DNA of 64,000 nt, taken from NCBI RefSeq assembly GCF_001194135.2, contig NC_068981.1, forward strand, positions 79,494,202 to 79,558,201. The letters run 5' to 3'. Below, in pieces: positions 14,490-26,960 of the stretch. A model generated the notes under the pieces. The model saw only the letters and a program-made list of their open reading frames with translations. It did no database searches and was not told where the DNA came from. The first letter of the stretch is position 1; each line of letters begins with the position of its first letter. The position numbers and the translations under genes were made by a program. Origin of the DNA: Octopus bimaculoides (Eukaryota).

Positions 14490-15919
14490 TATTGGGTCAG
14501 CCCATAAATAATGCAGTTTTTTATACTTCTGTTATTTTTCAAAATTAAGATAAACAAACTTCTTTTTTAATCTAAAATATACTCTCCTTCATTTTCTACA
14601 ATACTCTTCCAGCTATATGTTAGACTTGCAAGGCCCCTCTTCCAAAATTCACTTGTCCATGATGAAAAATACTCCTCCAGTACTGTTCTACATAGTTCAT
14701 ATTTTTTTTGTCCAAATGATTTTGAAGACTGTGGAATAAATGATAATCAGATAGGGCAATGCCCAGTGAATATGGTGGATGGGGCATCGTTTCCTATTCA
14801 AACTGCTCCAGCATTTGGAATGTCATCCTCACTGTATGTAGAAGGGCATTATCCAGATGGAAGAACACCTTTTGTCTTGGAACCAAAGATGGTCGTTTTT
14901 CTTCTAGTACTGACTTAAGCCACTCAAGCTACTCACAGTAGAGCTCCTTTGTTATCATTTGGGTTTAAAAGTTCCAAGTGGACTAAACCTTTTGTATCTC
15001 ACCAAACAGATAACAACATCTTAGTGGGTGAAGACCTTCTTTAACCTGGGGTGTTGGTGTTTCTCCTTTCCCTACCTACTGTCTTCAGTGCTTGACATTT
15101 TATAGAAAGCCCATTTCTCGTCACCAGTCACTGTTCAGTCAAAAAAGGTTCAATTATTGACAGGATGTATGAACAGAACAGTTATGTAGCATTAAGTAAA
15201 GCAAGCAATATTCTTTATCTTCATTCCATTTCACAAATATTTAAAATCAATAAGCATTGCTGTTAGAGTAAACTCATTGATTAATTCAACAGATATTATA
15301 ACAGAAATTGCATTTTAAACATTAATTACTTACTGAATTACGGGACATCAAAAGTTGAGTGTAAGACAGTTGTCAGTCGTAATAAGACTGTTTAACAGAT
15401 GGTTGAAAATTTTGTGGATTTAAAGTTATTACTATTGTGGCTGTTGTTTACCGTCCAAAATTGCCCTATCCGTATGACCTACAATCAATGATATTCCACG
15501 CATGCCCATACTATCTACATAGACAGCAAAGAAGAGTACACATTCACTCTCTGCATGTGATTAGACTCAGTTTCTGAGGAACCCATTGACCCAATTTGTT
15601 GACTTTTTCAATGGCACACAGGTGTCAATGAATGGTTGAATGAGCAAATCCAAGCTTGTCTGCTAATTCCTCAACAATTACAATGGGTTTTTGTTCCACC
15701 AGGGTTTGCAGCAAAATATGCTGAATATGCTCCTTTGTCACTTCCATTATAGCTTTGAAAAAATAACTGTTAAAATCGAACTGCACTCTTCAAAACTTGC
15801 ACGAAGAATAAGTACAAGGTAAAATAACCACCTGCATTTATAGCAAGCTGATGCCCCCCGCTCCAACTTCTTGTTCATGCAATTGAAAAAAAATGCATTA
15901 TTTATGGGATGATACAATA
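14490..15919 (-). mobile_element. Degenerate mariner transposon, internally deleted and interrupted
   Basis: TIRs tattgggtcagcccataaataatgc / tattgtatcatcccataaataatgc. Minus-strand peptides LQTLVEQKPIVIVEELADKLGFAHSTIH, LGQWVPQKL, FHLDNALLHT, HPPYS..IALSDYHLF and WKSIVENEGEYILD*, with stops and frameshifts. Confidence 0.9.
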
Positions 15920-16577
15920 CACACACGCACACACACATTTCTTTCAGTTTCTATCAATCAAATTCAGTGATAAGGTTTTGGTCAGCTTGGGGTTATAGTT
16001 GAAGACACTTGCTCAAGGTGTCATACAGTGGGACTGAACCCAAAACCATGTGGTTGGGAAGAAAACTTCTTAACCACACAGCATCAGAGAGAGAGAGAGA
16101 AAGAGAAAGAGAAAAAGAGAGAGATGTAAGGTTAATTTGTTGGGTTTTTTTTTCATAAAAACATTTTTAGCCTCACTGTGAAATGTACACAATGGGGCTA
16201 AACTATGTTTGTAGCTTCACAACAAGAATAAAGAAGATTGACCTGTCAGTTTTAGCATTTTTAACCATTTCATCAGATTGGTTATCCACAGGAAGACTTG
16301 ATGCAGTAGGGGCATCTAGCCATAGAATAAGTCTTATCTAACCCATTATAGCATGAAAAAGTGGATGTAAAAACAATTATAATGATTATATTTATATATT
16401 TGATACATAAACATATCACTCATCTTTCAATAAAAATTTATAACATTTTATTTGATTTTAAAGTTTTAAATTTAAAAATTAAATCCAAGTGGCCCTGTTT
16501 ATAGCTTCAAAATGAAATAATCCATTTTTCCAAACTTCTTTTGTGATGTCATTGTTATGCTAATATTATTGCATGGC

Positions 16578-17260
16578 AGTGAGCTGGCAGAAACGTTAGC
16601 ACGCCGGGTGAAATGCTTAGCGGTATTTCGTCTGCCACTGCGTTCTGAGTTCAAATTCCGCCGAGGTCGACTTTGCCTTTCATCCTTTCGGGGTCGATAA
16701 ATTAAGTACCAGTTACGCACTGGGGTCGATATAATCGACTTAATCCGTTTGTCTGTCCCCTCTGTGTGTAGCCCCTTGTGGGCAGTAAAGAAATAGGTAT
16801 TTTGTCTGTCTCTACGTTCTGAGTTCAAATTCCACCGAGATCGACTTTGCCTTTCATCCTTTCGGGGTTGATTAAATAAGTACCAGTTATGCACTGGGGT
16901 AGATGTAATCAACTTCATCCCTTTGTCCCCTCTATGTTTAGCCCCCTGTGGGCAATAAAGAAATATTATTGCATGTCTTTTGTGTACTTACATGTGACTG
17001 GGTTACATGTAAGTTATATAGAAGCTACAAGGGCAGCGAGCTAGCAGAATTGTTAGCACACCAGGTGAAATGCCTAGTGGTATTTCGTCTGCCATTACAT
17101 TCTGAGTTCAAATTCCGCCGAGGTTGACTTCACCTTTCATCCTTTTGGGGTCGATTAAATAAGTACTAGTTACACACTGGGGTTGATGCAATCAACTTAA
17201 TCCCTCTGTCTGTCCTTGTTGTCTCCTCTATGTTTAGTCCCCCTGTGGGCAATAAAGAAA
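16578..17260 (+). mobile_element. Tandem cluster of three SINE family B copies
   Basis: Repeated gagctggcagaa..ttagcac..ttctgagttcaaattccgccgaggtcgactttgcctttcatcctttcggggtcgataaa..gtaccag units. Confidence 0.85.
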
Positions 17261-17544
17261 TATATATATAGAAACCACAATAGTAGCTCACAGTTCAGTT
17301 ATTTAGTTTATCTTTTTTCTTTTAACTTTTCCATGTTTCAGTCATTGGACTGCAGTTATGGTGGAGTACCACCTCAATGGATTTAGTCAAACAAACTGAC
17401 ACCAGCGCTTATTTTTAAACTTGGTACTTAGTCTAACAGTCTCTTTCTCTGAACCAAAATGACAGGGACATAGACAAATCAACACTGGTCCATAAAGCAG
17501 TGGGACACATGCACATACACAAAGTTATCTAAATTAAAACTTTT

Positions 17545-17854
17545 GTGGAGGCACAATGGCCCAGTGGTTAGGGCAGCGGACTCGTGGCTGGAGGATCGTA
17601 GTTTTGATTCCCAGACCAGGCGTTGTGTGTGTTTATTGAGCAAAAACATCTAAGCTCCATGAGGCTCCAGTAGGGGGTGGTGGCGACCCCTGTTGTACTC
17701 TTTCGCCCCAGCTTTCTCTCACTCTTTCTTCCTGTTTCTTGAGTAACGCTGCGATGGACTGGCGTCCCATCCAGCTGGTGGGGAACACATATGCCACAGA
17801 AACCAGGCCCATGAGCCTGGCTAGGCTTTAAAAAGGGTGCATAATAATAAGAAT
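17545..17854 (+). mobile_element. tRNA(Arg)-like SINE family C
   Basis: A box TGGCCCAGTGG, B box GTTTTGATTCCC, (AAT)n tail and a 13-bp TSD aaattaaaacttt. Confidence 0.85.
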
Positions 17855-18659
17855 AAATTAAAACTTTACACCAAAATTTCATGCTAATTTATGTTCCAAA
17901 AACCAGCTTAAAAAAGTGACAAAAGTTATACTAAGTTTTTTATTATTTTTGAAACTAATTGAAATAAAAGCAGTGTATTTCATCAGAAATATAATAACAA
18001 AAGATCAACTTGGTTTTAATTTTTGATCCTACAGCAAAAATGCAAAATTTTCTGTATACTTTAAAATATTTGTTTTCATGTAAGGAAGATATAATGGCCA
18101 CACAAAAAAGGTTTGGTAAAAGTAAAACACAAGAATTTGAAATAATAGGAATCTGTGGTGACATCATAATTGCTGAAAAGTTCAGATTCTTGTTATAAAA
18201 TCCTAATTTGACTGAATCTATTCAAGGTTATTCACAAAAATCATGTGAAATAGCTCATTTTCTGCAATTTTGATAAAACTGGAACAAAATGACAGAGTGT
18301 TTTAAATGAGATTCACAGACACCATGCAATCATCTGGGTATTATTGTGTGAAAGCATAAAAAAAACCCTTCCATCAGATGATCCGAAACTTAATGCACGC
18401 ATTGAATTCATTCAACAGCTTGAAGTAATTTCTAAATTTCAGATAGTTGAAACAGAGAAAAAAAAAAAGAAAAAAAAATGAGAATGATGTTGATAATTTC
18501 ACTGTCACAAGTTGATAGAAGCAAGTACAAAACCTGATTATAAATGTCACTTTTGTGGACATGAAAACATCAAAATACTCTGCATTTATTAAAACTTGCT
18601 TTAAGTGTGGGAAAACAAATCATTTAACCCTTAAGTATTCAGATTATTGTTAAATGTAT

Positions 18660-19095
18660 CATCATCATCATCATTTAATGTTCATTTCCCATGCTTGGAT
18701 AGTTTGGATGGTTTGACTGAAACCAATAAGCTGGGGAGCTGCACCAAGTTTCAATATGATTTGGCAAGGTTTCTATAGCTGGATGCCCTTCCTAACACTA
18801 ACTACTCCGAGAAGTGTAGTGGGTGCTTTTTATGTGCCATTGGCACAGGTGCCAGTTACATAACATAAGCTTGACAGGTCTTCCCAAGCATGGTACATTG
18901 CTTAAGGTCTCTGTCACTTGTCACTGTCTCCGTAAGACCCAACATTTGAACAGTGCTTTTTATGTGCCAGTTACGCAACACTGACATCGACCACGACTAT
19001 GATTTCACTTGGCTTGATGGGTCTTCTCAAACACAGCATATTGCTCAACATTTGAAGAGAGCTTTTTACTTGCCAGCTATGCGACACTGGCAAAT
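18660..19095 (-). mobile_element. (GAT)n-tailed non-LTR repeat, family D
   Basis: Shared tggatgcccttcctaa..ccaaccac..gtgctttttatgtg.cac core with 7130-7380, 8545-8830, 14215-14430 and 26612-26910. Confidence 0.7.
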
Positions 19096-19148
19096 GTAAA
19101 GTTTGTTTATTCACATTGTTTTGAATAAATCATGCATTTATTTACGTC

Positions 19149-19292
19149 ATTTACATTTGATGGATATTTGTCCTCATCTTGTTTGTTGTTAACACATTTC
19201 GGCTGATATACTCTCCAGCCAGGAGAGTATATCAGCCGAAACGTTGTGATAACAACAAACAAGATGAGGACAAATATTCATCAAATGTAAAT
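19149..19292. repeat. Near-perfect 144-bp palindrome, Penelope-LTR-like fold-back
   Basis: ~68-nt arms around a 5-nt loop (agcca). The whole insert is flanked by a 14-bp TSD ataaatcatgcatt. Confidence 0.85.
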
Positions 19293-20278
19293 AATGTACA
19301 TAATTCCTCATCTCTCAAATGTAGAACTGTATAAATCATGCATTATCTCACAGCTTTGAGATTTCGATGATGTGATCATTTAATTTTAGAATTGCATTGT
19401 AAGGTAGTAGTGTGAGGCCAGATCTGGTCAGTTTGAACATAAAACAGGTAGAATACTCAGACTAAATGTGGTCAGTTTTAAATGCTAAAGATAGAATGTA
19501 AGTCTACAAAAGACTTCCTCATTCTCTTTAGTTAACATAAAATGTCAACTTTTATGGATATAAGTAAGAACCATCGGTGTATTAAGTTTGTATGTATGTA
19601 CTGGTGAAAATTACATACCAAGATAAGGTCATAAAATGGTTGGAATTATAAGACATGATGATCCAATCAAAGCAATTCTGTGCATGGAATTTCAATTGCT
19701 CTTGGGTCATAGGCCAATGGAATATATATTTTGCAAAAATTATGATTTATCAAAAACTTATATGTGCACATATTTTAAGAGGGGCCTTACAAATGTTGGA
19801 ATTTGATTATGAAATATGTAATGAAATCTCAAATACCACATACTGATATATTTTTACGGTTGGAATGTATTTGTAATGTTGGTTTAGATTGATATAATCC
19901 TCATGAGGATGATTCTTTTATCTATCTTGTAGAAACTGATATTATATCAATTTCAAATTTTGGCACAAGGTCAGCAATTTCAGGGGAGTGGTAAGTTGAT
20001 TACTTTGACCCCAGTGCTCAACTGGTACTTATTTTATCGACTCAGAAAGGATGAAAGGCGAAGTCAACTTTGGCAAAATTTGCACTTAGAACATAAAGAT
20101 GAATGAAATGCTGCCAAGCATCTTGCCTGGCATGGTAACAATTCTGCCAGCTTGCAGATGTTATAAATATTGAAAATATACAGCTGAAGACTGCTAATAA
20201 TAATATTTTATTTGGTATATTAAAGAGGATTATCAATTGCTGAGGCATATTAAAATAGCACGTCTGATTCATTTACGT

Positions 20279-20970
20279 ATGGATATGTGGCAGAAATAAC
20301 GACAATGGACCACACCCCCTTTGGAATTTTTTTTTTTTTCACAGGATCCCACTATATCGAGGGCGNNNNNNNNNNNNNNNNNNNNNNNNNNNNNNNNNNN
20401 NNNNNNNNNNNNNNNNNNNNNNNNNNNNNNNNNNNNNNNNNNNNNNNNNNNNNNNNNNNNNNNNNNNNNNNNNNNNNNNNNNNNNNNNNNNNNNNNNNNN
20501 NNNNNNNNNNNNNNNNNNNNNNNNNNNNNNNNNNNNNNNNNNNNNNNNNNNNNNNNNNNNNNNNNNNNNNNNNNNNNNNNNNNNNNNNNNNNNNNNNNNN
20601 NNNNNNNNNNNNNNNNNNNNNNNNNNNNNNNNNNNNNNNNNNNNNNNNNNNNNNNNNNNNNNNNNNNNNNNNNNNNNNNNNNNNNNNNNNNNNNNNNNNN
20701 NNNNNNNNNNNNNNNNNNNNNNNNNNNNNNNNNNNNNNNNNNNNNNNNNNNNNNNNNNNNNNNNNNNNNNNNNNNNNNNNNNNNNNNNNNNNNNNNNNNN
20801 NNNNNNNNNNNNNNNNNNNNNNNNNNNNNNNNNNNNNNNNNNNNNNNNNNNNNNNNNNNNNNTTTGCAGATTCGGAATCTCCGCACTCGATATAGTGGGT
20901 TCCTGTAAAAAAGAAAAAAACCTCCCAAAGAGGGCGCGGTCCAATGTCTTTACCTCCGTCACATATCCAT
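20279..20970. mobile_element. Long-TIR MITE spanning an assembly gap
   Basis: ~85-bp imperfect inverted arms (ggatatgtg...acagg.tcccactatatcgag) on either side of the N run. Confidence 0.6.
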
Positions 20971-23900
20971 TTTAATTCTGAAATTTTTTTTAGACGTTAC
21001 ACTACAAGGTATCTGAAACACATTTAAAACCGTGCATTTGATATTGTAATTTAAAGGGTGTAATTTAAAATTTTCGTGTGGTTTATGACATTTACATCCC
21101 TGCGATATACTGGTATTATGGTTTACAGGAATCAGTACAAAAGACACTAGTTAGGAATTCTGTATAGCTTGGTATTGGAGGAGGTCTGTGGCAAGATGAC
21201 ACCAATGCTACTGATTCACACATTGGATATTATTCCACCCATCCTCTCACTGCTTTCCCGTCAATTCAATTTATTTTTTAATTCTTATATTGTTTATTTA
21301 AATGTTTAATTATTGTTCTGAAAAACTTATGTGAAACAATTGCATGTATATATATATATGTGCGAGAGTGAAATTACCGGTGTTCCTCGCCCCTCTTTAT
21401 CATAAACGGTAACGTAGAATTTCAAAAAAAAAAAAATACTGAGGTCGCTGGACCGCAATCAGCGACAGGAACAAAGAATATAGGATACTTTATTAAAAAA
21501 AAATATATTATACAATACATAATGCGTATGTTGTTTAATGTCTAGCTGCATGTCTTCACACAGAATGTCAATTGGATTAGCGCGATCTATAACTTCATTT
21601 TTCTGGAATTACTTTTCTTTATCTGCCTAATTCAGGATATTTCCAACCATTTAAGGATGGCGACCCGATTCACTAAAAATAGCACGATACACTATAAATA
21701 TGCTTCCCACCACCTCTTCTTTCTTTAATTAAACATCGTATTGCGATTAAATACAATTTATACAATTCATTCGGGCATGCGCGGTCAAGCTAGTTATGTT
21801 TAATTTTGATCTGCAAATATGAAAACCACAATTAAAATATTCCCATGTTTTGACAATTTCGTGACATAGGTTCGGAAACACCATTTAATTGAATACTTTT
21901 TCGGTGCAATATGATGGCAGGTCGAGCAATTTATGTATTATGTCTGCACGAGTAGAAGTACTACTTTTGTTTATCAGCTGACTGCTAAATGGATGATTGA
22001 ATGGCTGGATAATAACAGAGTGACAGTAATGCATGATGATAGTTTCGACCGAAGAATTAAATTTACCTCACGGAGTTTACCACCAGGAGTTTATACCTTA
22101 CTCTACAATCATAAGAATAAATATTGTTTACACGTATCTTATATTCAGATCTAATGACTTATAATGAAATGAATATAAATAATCTTCCTCCAACTATTTT
22201 TCATCTCCCTCGAATTCTGAAACATTTCAAGAGAATAATATGATTATTTGTAATCAAACGACAAAACTGGTGACTCCTACAGACTATAAGGCATCCATTC
22301 ATTCTGCCACGCATTTATAACAGCTTTTAATTATTTACTTATTTTCATTCATTTATAGAAAATTCATCGTTTTCCGAAGAAACGATTCCTTTGACGTGCT
22401 GTTATTTAACCGGTCGAACAAACCTATGATTTCAAGGCTCCCAGCCGTGTTCGATGCTGTATTCTTATATAGGCATAGTGTATCTTGAGTCTTGCCCCTC
22501 TCTCTTTTGAGACCGAATTTAAAACTACGTTATGCTATATATCCATTGCTTTCAGAGGCTGGTGTCATTTCAGAGAGAGAACTGGCTGCTATTTCGTGGA
22601 GGCTTCCTATTCGACTCGTTAATCATTCCGATACATTTGCAACCCTGACGCTATTTCTACTTATACTCTATACAGGTATCGCTCAAGGCCAGAACCAACG
22701 AAGGGGCTCTTTACGAGGAACTTCAAGTTGCTAGAAATAACAGCTAAATCTCAATCAGCTCACACCCTACAGTTTTGAACAACGATAATATAGTTTGGAT
22801 CCCAGCATATAAGGAAAGATACAGGTTATTAAATTAACAGAATAGCGGCGTAATTTCGAAAAAAGACGAGGAATGCATAAAAACATCATGGTTTATCTGA
22901 AATACTGAAACCAAAAACATTGTTTAATATTTGTTTTTGTTATTTTTACTTTCATTTTTAAAACACTTGTATTATGACGAGAAATTGTGCTGCACTTCTC
23001 TATACTTTTTTTCGACAGGATGGTCACGGATGGAATGACTGATCACTAGTCTGCTTGATTTATGTTGACCTGGGACTAAACAAGATAGGAGACGAGTCAA
23101 TTCGTTCGACAAGCTCCAACAGCAGCCAAATCTCCATTACATCAAATCTTACAGTTATAAAGTGATTGATATATTGGATTATATATTCCTTGATGTCTAA
23201 ACATACGATATGGTCACAGCTGGAACGTCTTTGATGATATAAAACTCTCCTCGATCAGGGCCGGTTTGATCCTCACGAGGCGATCTAAACGACTCATTTT
23301 ACTCCGGTATTTAAGTGGGAGTATTTAATTCAACAACTCTCTAGAGGGAAAATTAAATTACAAAGTCGACAGATAACTAATGTGACCTGTATTAAGAACC
23401 ACGGAACAGCAACGAAGGGAGATGGACAGCACATCTGGTTTGATGATCTCTTGTTCTGTCGTCTGCACAACCTTAATTTCAAGAATTAGAATATAAACTG
23501 TATATGTACATACGTATGTAAATATACATAAAATAGCGACAGCAGCTGTTAAATTCTAACGCTTCTAGTGTGTTGGGTGCAAGTATAGTTATGTAGCTCA
23601 CCGAGTTAAAATAGAAACGGATCCGGTAAACGAAAATAGCAGAAACTCAGAAATTCTAGCTCTATTTAAACGAAAGGATTACCTTAATGGTCAAGACTGA
23701 TTATTAGTACCACCGAATTAATTATAAAAAGTGATTTTTAAAACATGATAATATTAAATGAACTGGACTTCGGTGAGTTGTAAGGAGCCACGTGTTGGTG
23801 CTTCATGAAAAGAAATTTTTCATCACCAGGGTATGAGTAGGAAAACGAACAAAACAAATGGAAAAGGAAGAATAGAGATCTTCATGCCGCAGATCCTCTA

Positions 23901-24491
23901 ACAAGGATTGTATTGCTGAAGGGAACACTGAAGATACAACCTATTTAAAATACTAACAAACTTTTACATTGTGGTGGGAGCTATGTAGGGAACCCTTGAA
24001 AGTTGGATGAAATATTTTATCTAAAAATTATTTTGTCAGTTTACTCATTTTATGCTTTGTGTAAAGAGATTTTATAATACAGTTTAAATGTGATATATAC
24101 ATAACACACACACNNNNNNNNNNTATATATAATGCTTTTATCAATAATATCAAGGATTTGTAAAGCTTTTTGGTACATTCGCATAATTGCTGTCGTTCGT
24201 TAACTCAGTATGGGTAAAAATTTGCTAAGTCATTTTCATGCTTTTGATGTTACTATCAAAACAAAATAATAATAACCGGTCGTTTCTGTAATTAGAAATG
24301 TAGAAATAGATAACTGCTTCAGCAAACGAATGTACATTAATAAAAGAATTTATCTCAATATTTTTTAGGGAATTAGTGAAATGTATGTGTGTGTATCTGA
24401 GATCAGGAATTATCATTCCTAACCGTTCCGATGCATAACTGGTTCTCCTATTGTTGAAAAACAAGGTAACCAAAAAAAAATACTATCTTAC

Positions 24492-24722
24492 CTGTCCTTT
24501 ATTTAATGGCACTCCAATAACCCCGATCTTCTGCAAGTGTATATGTCTTCGGGTGGACACTTGCACTACTTGCCGTGTTGGTCGCAGTAGATTCACACAT
24601 GATCTATTTTGACTGTTTATAACATTTTTGATAACATACGAGAAACTAGAAAACGTCCGTCTGTTAATGAAATTATTCAACAAGTGGTTATATAATGTTC
24701 GTTGACTAAAATGGAAAGACAT
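24492..24722 (-). CDS. ARG: Arginase, first coding exon (77 codons) with putative mitochondrial presequence; remaining exons not found in window
   Basis: ATG at 24722 follows an A-rich leader. The frame ends ...KIGVIGVPLNKGQ at a CAG|GTAAGA phase-0 donor. The motif matches the arginase N-terminal strand (human ARG1 IGIIGAPFSKGQ), and ARG1 also has its first intron right after GQ. Residues 1-65 contain no D/E, 8 R and 2 K. Confidence 0.82.
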
Positions 24723-24950
24723 AATTTTTTATTTTATTGTATTTTTCTCCTGTAATTCTTCGAAGCTAATGTTGCTTATTCTCTATAGAATTATATATTT
24801 TTTCCTGTCTGTAGATTTTTTTTTCCTTTCTTTTCAGTAAAAGTCTTTATTGACCACGGTGCGTCCTGCCTCTGTCTAGGCTCCTTAAAAGTTGCACCGT
24901 TCTGCTTAATATTCCAAAACGACACTCAACTTGTTTCTCTCACTCACTCT
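24723..24950 (-). promoter_or_regulatory. Putative 5' UTR / core promoter of the arginase gene
   Basis: A-rich leader upstream of the ATG with no pyrimidine-tract acceptor on the minus strand, so it behaves like a first exon. CpGs are retained here. TSS position is not determined. Confidence 0.4.
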
Positions 24951-25369
24951 CTACCTCTCTCCTCCCCCTCCGTCTCCTATCTACTTACCTATCTCTTTAT
25001 TATTACTTCCAATCCACCTCTTTCTTCCTCCTTCTTTCTCTTTCATCACAGCAACATCCTCCTCCTTTTTTTCATACCTCCTCCTCCCTTATTGTTTCTC
25101 TTCTTTTTACCTCCTTTTCCTCGATCATCGCACCACGTTTTCCTTATGTCAACCAGCAATTCTCTTGCTATTATTTTTCTCTCACATCTCTTTTACTTGT
25201 TTTATTTTTTCTTATTTTATTCTCTACTACCACATTTACTTTCCCTCTTTTTCTTTCTTTCTCCCTTCCATTGCTCCCTTTTCATCGCATACTTTCTCAT
25301 TCACTTCTTTCCAATCTATCTATCTATCTATCTATCTATCTATATATCTATCTATCTATCTATTTCTCT

Positions 25370-25862
25370 CGTCAACTTTTTCAAGTACCACTTGAAAAGG
25401 AGGATGAGGATAGAGAGGAAAGTGTTGTCGAATGAAAGTTTCAATAAAAAATGGGTAAATGGGGCAAGAATGGTAAGAATGAAAGACGACACCATTTTAA
25501 GCATAGACTTGNNNNNNNNNNNNNNNNNNNNNNNNNNNNNNNNNNNNNNNNNNNNNNNNNNNNNNNNNNNNNNNNNNNNNNNNNNNNNNNNNNNNNNNNN
25601 NNNNNNNNNNNNNNNNNNNNNNNNNNNNNNNNNNNNNNNNNNNNNNNNNNNNNNNNNNNNNNNNNNNNNNNNNNNNNNNNNNNNNNNNNNNNNNNNNNNN
25701 NNNNNNNNNNNNNNNNNNNNNNNNNNNNNNNNNNNNNNNNNNNNNNNNNNNNNNNNNNNNNNNNNNNNNNNNNNNNNNNNNNNNNNNNNNNNNNNNNNNA
25801 AAGCTCTACTTTGTAATTTGTCCATTTTCTGTATTTAGCCCTGTGTGGCTATAATAAAAAGA
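25370..25862 (+). mobile_element. L1/Tx1-clade LINE 3' end, 5'-truncated, inserted in (TATC)n
   Basis: SLVNFFKYHLKRRMRIERKVLSNESFNKKWVNGARM, an AATAAA near the 3' end, and a 17-bp TSD tatctatctatttctct (25353-25369 and 25863-25879). Confidence 0.75.
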
Positions 25863-26920
25863 TATCTATCTATTTCTCTATCTATCTATCTATCTATCAT
25901 ATTTGTTTCTTTTATGCTTTTTACACACCCCTTTCTCTTTTCTTCATAACAGTCTCCTACTTTTTCAGTAAACTATTTCATCACTTTGTTTTTGCATTCT
26001 TTTCATCTGCTACCTCTGGTTTTTACCTTCTCTCTTCTCTTAGTATTTTGTTCCTCCCATCATGTGTATTTTCTGCATTCTCTCTCTCTCTCTCTCTCGC
26101 CCTCTTTCCTTTCTTTTCTCCCCTTTTCTCTTCCCCTCTCTCTCTCCCCCCCTCTCTCTCTCATTTCATTGTGTGATTCTGAGTGTGCCGGCATCTCATT
26201 AATTCACTGAATTTCTATTTTCTTTCTTTGGTTTTATTGTGTTCTTTTCTGAAAGGAACTGTGCCCATGCTTTCACAGGCCCTCCACGTCGCCTTCCTTT
26301 TCTGTGCTCTTTATTTAGTATCATAATCTTTCCTTTTCATTCTTCTTTCCCTTTCTTTTCATTCTACCTTGCCTTCACTCTGCCACCCGCTGTCATGCTT
26401 TCCTGTTTTTCAATGCATTCGTCTTCGTCTACATTAAATGCAAGATGTGTGGTTAAGAAGTTCACTTAGCAGCCATGTGGTTTCGGGTTCATTCCCGCGG
26501 CACTTTGGGCAAGTGTCTTCTACAATAGCCCTGAGTCGACCATTGCCTTGTGAGTAAATTTGTCAGACGGAAACCTTGTGGAAGCCCATTGTATATATGA
26601 ATTATATATATATCATCATCATCATCGTTTAACGTCCGCTTTCCATACTAGCATGGATTGGACGATTGGACTGGTGAACCGGATAGCTGCATCAGGCTCC
26701 GATCTGATCTGGCAGAGTTTCTACAGTTGGATGCCTTTCCTAACGCCAATCATTCCGAGAGTGTAGTGGGTGCTTTTACGTGCCACCGGCACGAGGGCCA
26801 ATCAGGCGGTACTGGCAACGGTCACACTTAAAATGGTGTTTTTTACGTGCCACCTGCACAGAAGCCAGTCCAGCAGCACTGGCAACGACCTCGCTCAAAT
26901 GATTTTCTAACATGTATGTA

Positions 26921-26960
<40 letters not shown>

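Larger units (their letters stand above)
18628..19490. mobile_element. piggyBac-type MITE of the same family, doubly nested
   Basis: TTAA-CCCTTAAGTATTCAG start and ...AATGCTAAAG end. The body matches the reverse complement of 5224-5809. Hosts the family D repeat and the fold-back insert. Confidence 0.7.
1..24491 (-). other. Probable long first intron of arginase (runs off the window edge)
   Basis: Lies downstream of the GT donor at 24491. No GxExGP, GGDHS, DAHxD or DVDxxDP coding exon was found by eye. Repeat copies here are largely CpG-depleted. Confidence 0.55.

Noticed and set aside
16578-17260. CRISPR-like or satellite array
   Set aside because: These are tandem SINE copies, not short repeats with unique spacers.
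24931-26469. Hydrophobic F/L/S-rich ORFs
   Set aside because: Product of the CT-rich strand, which lacks stop codons by composition.
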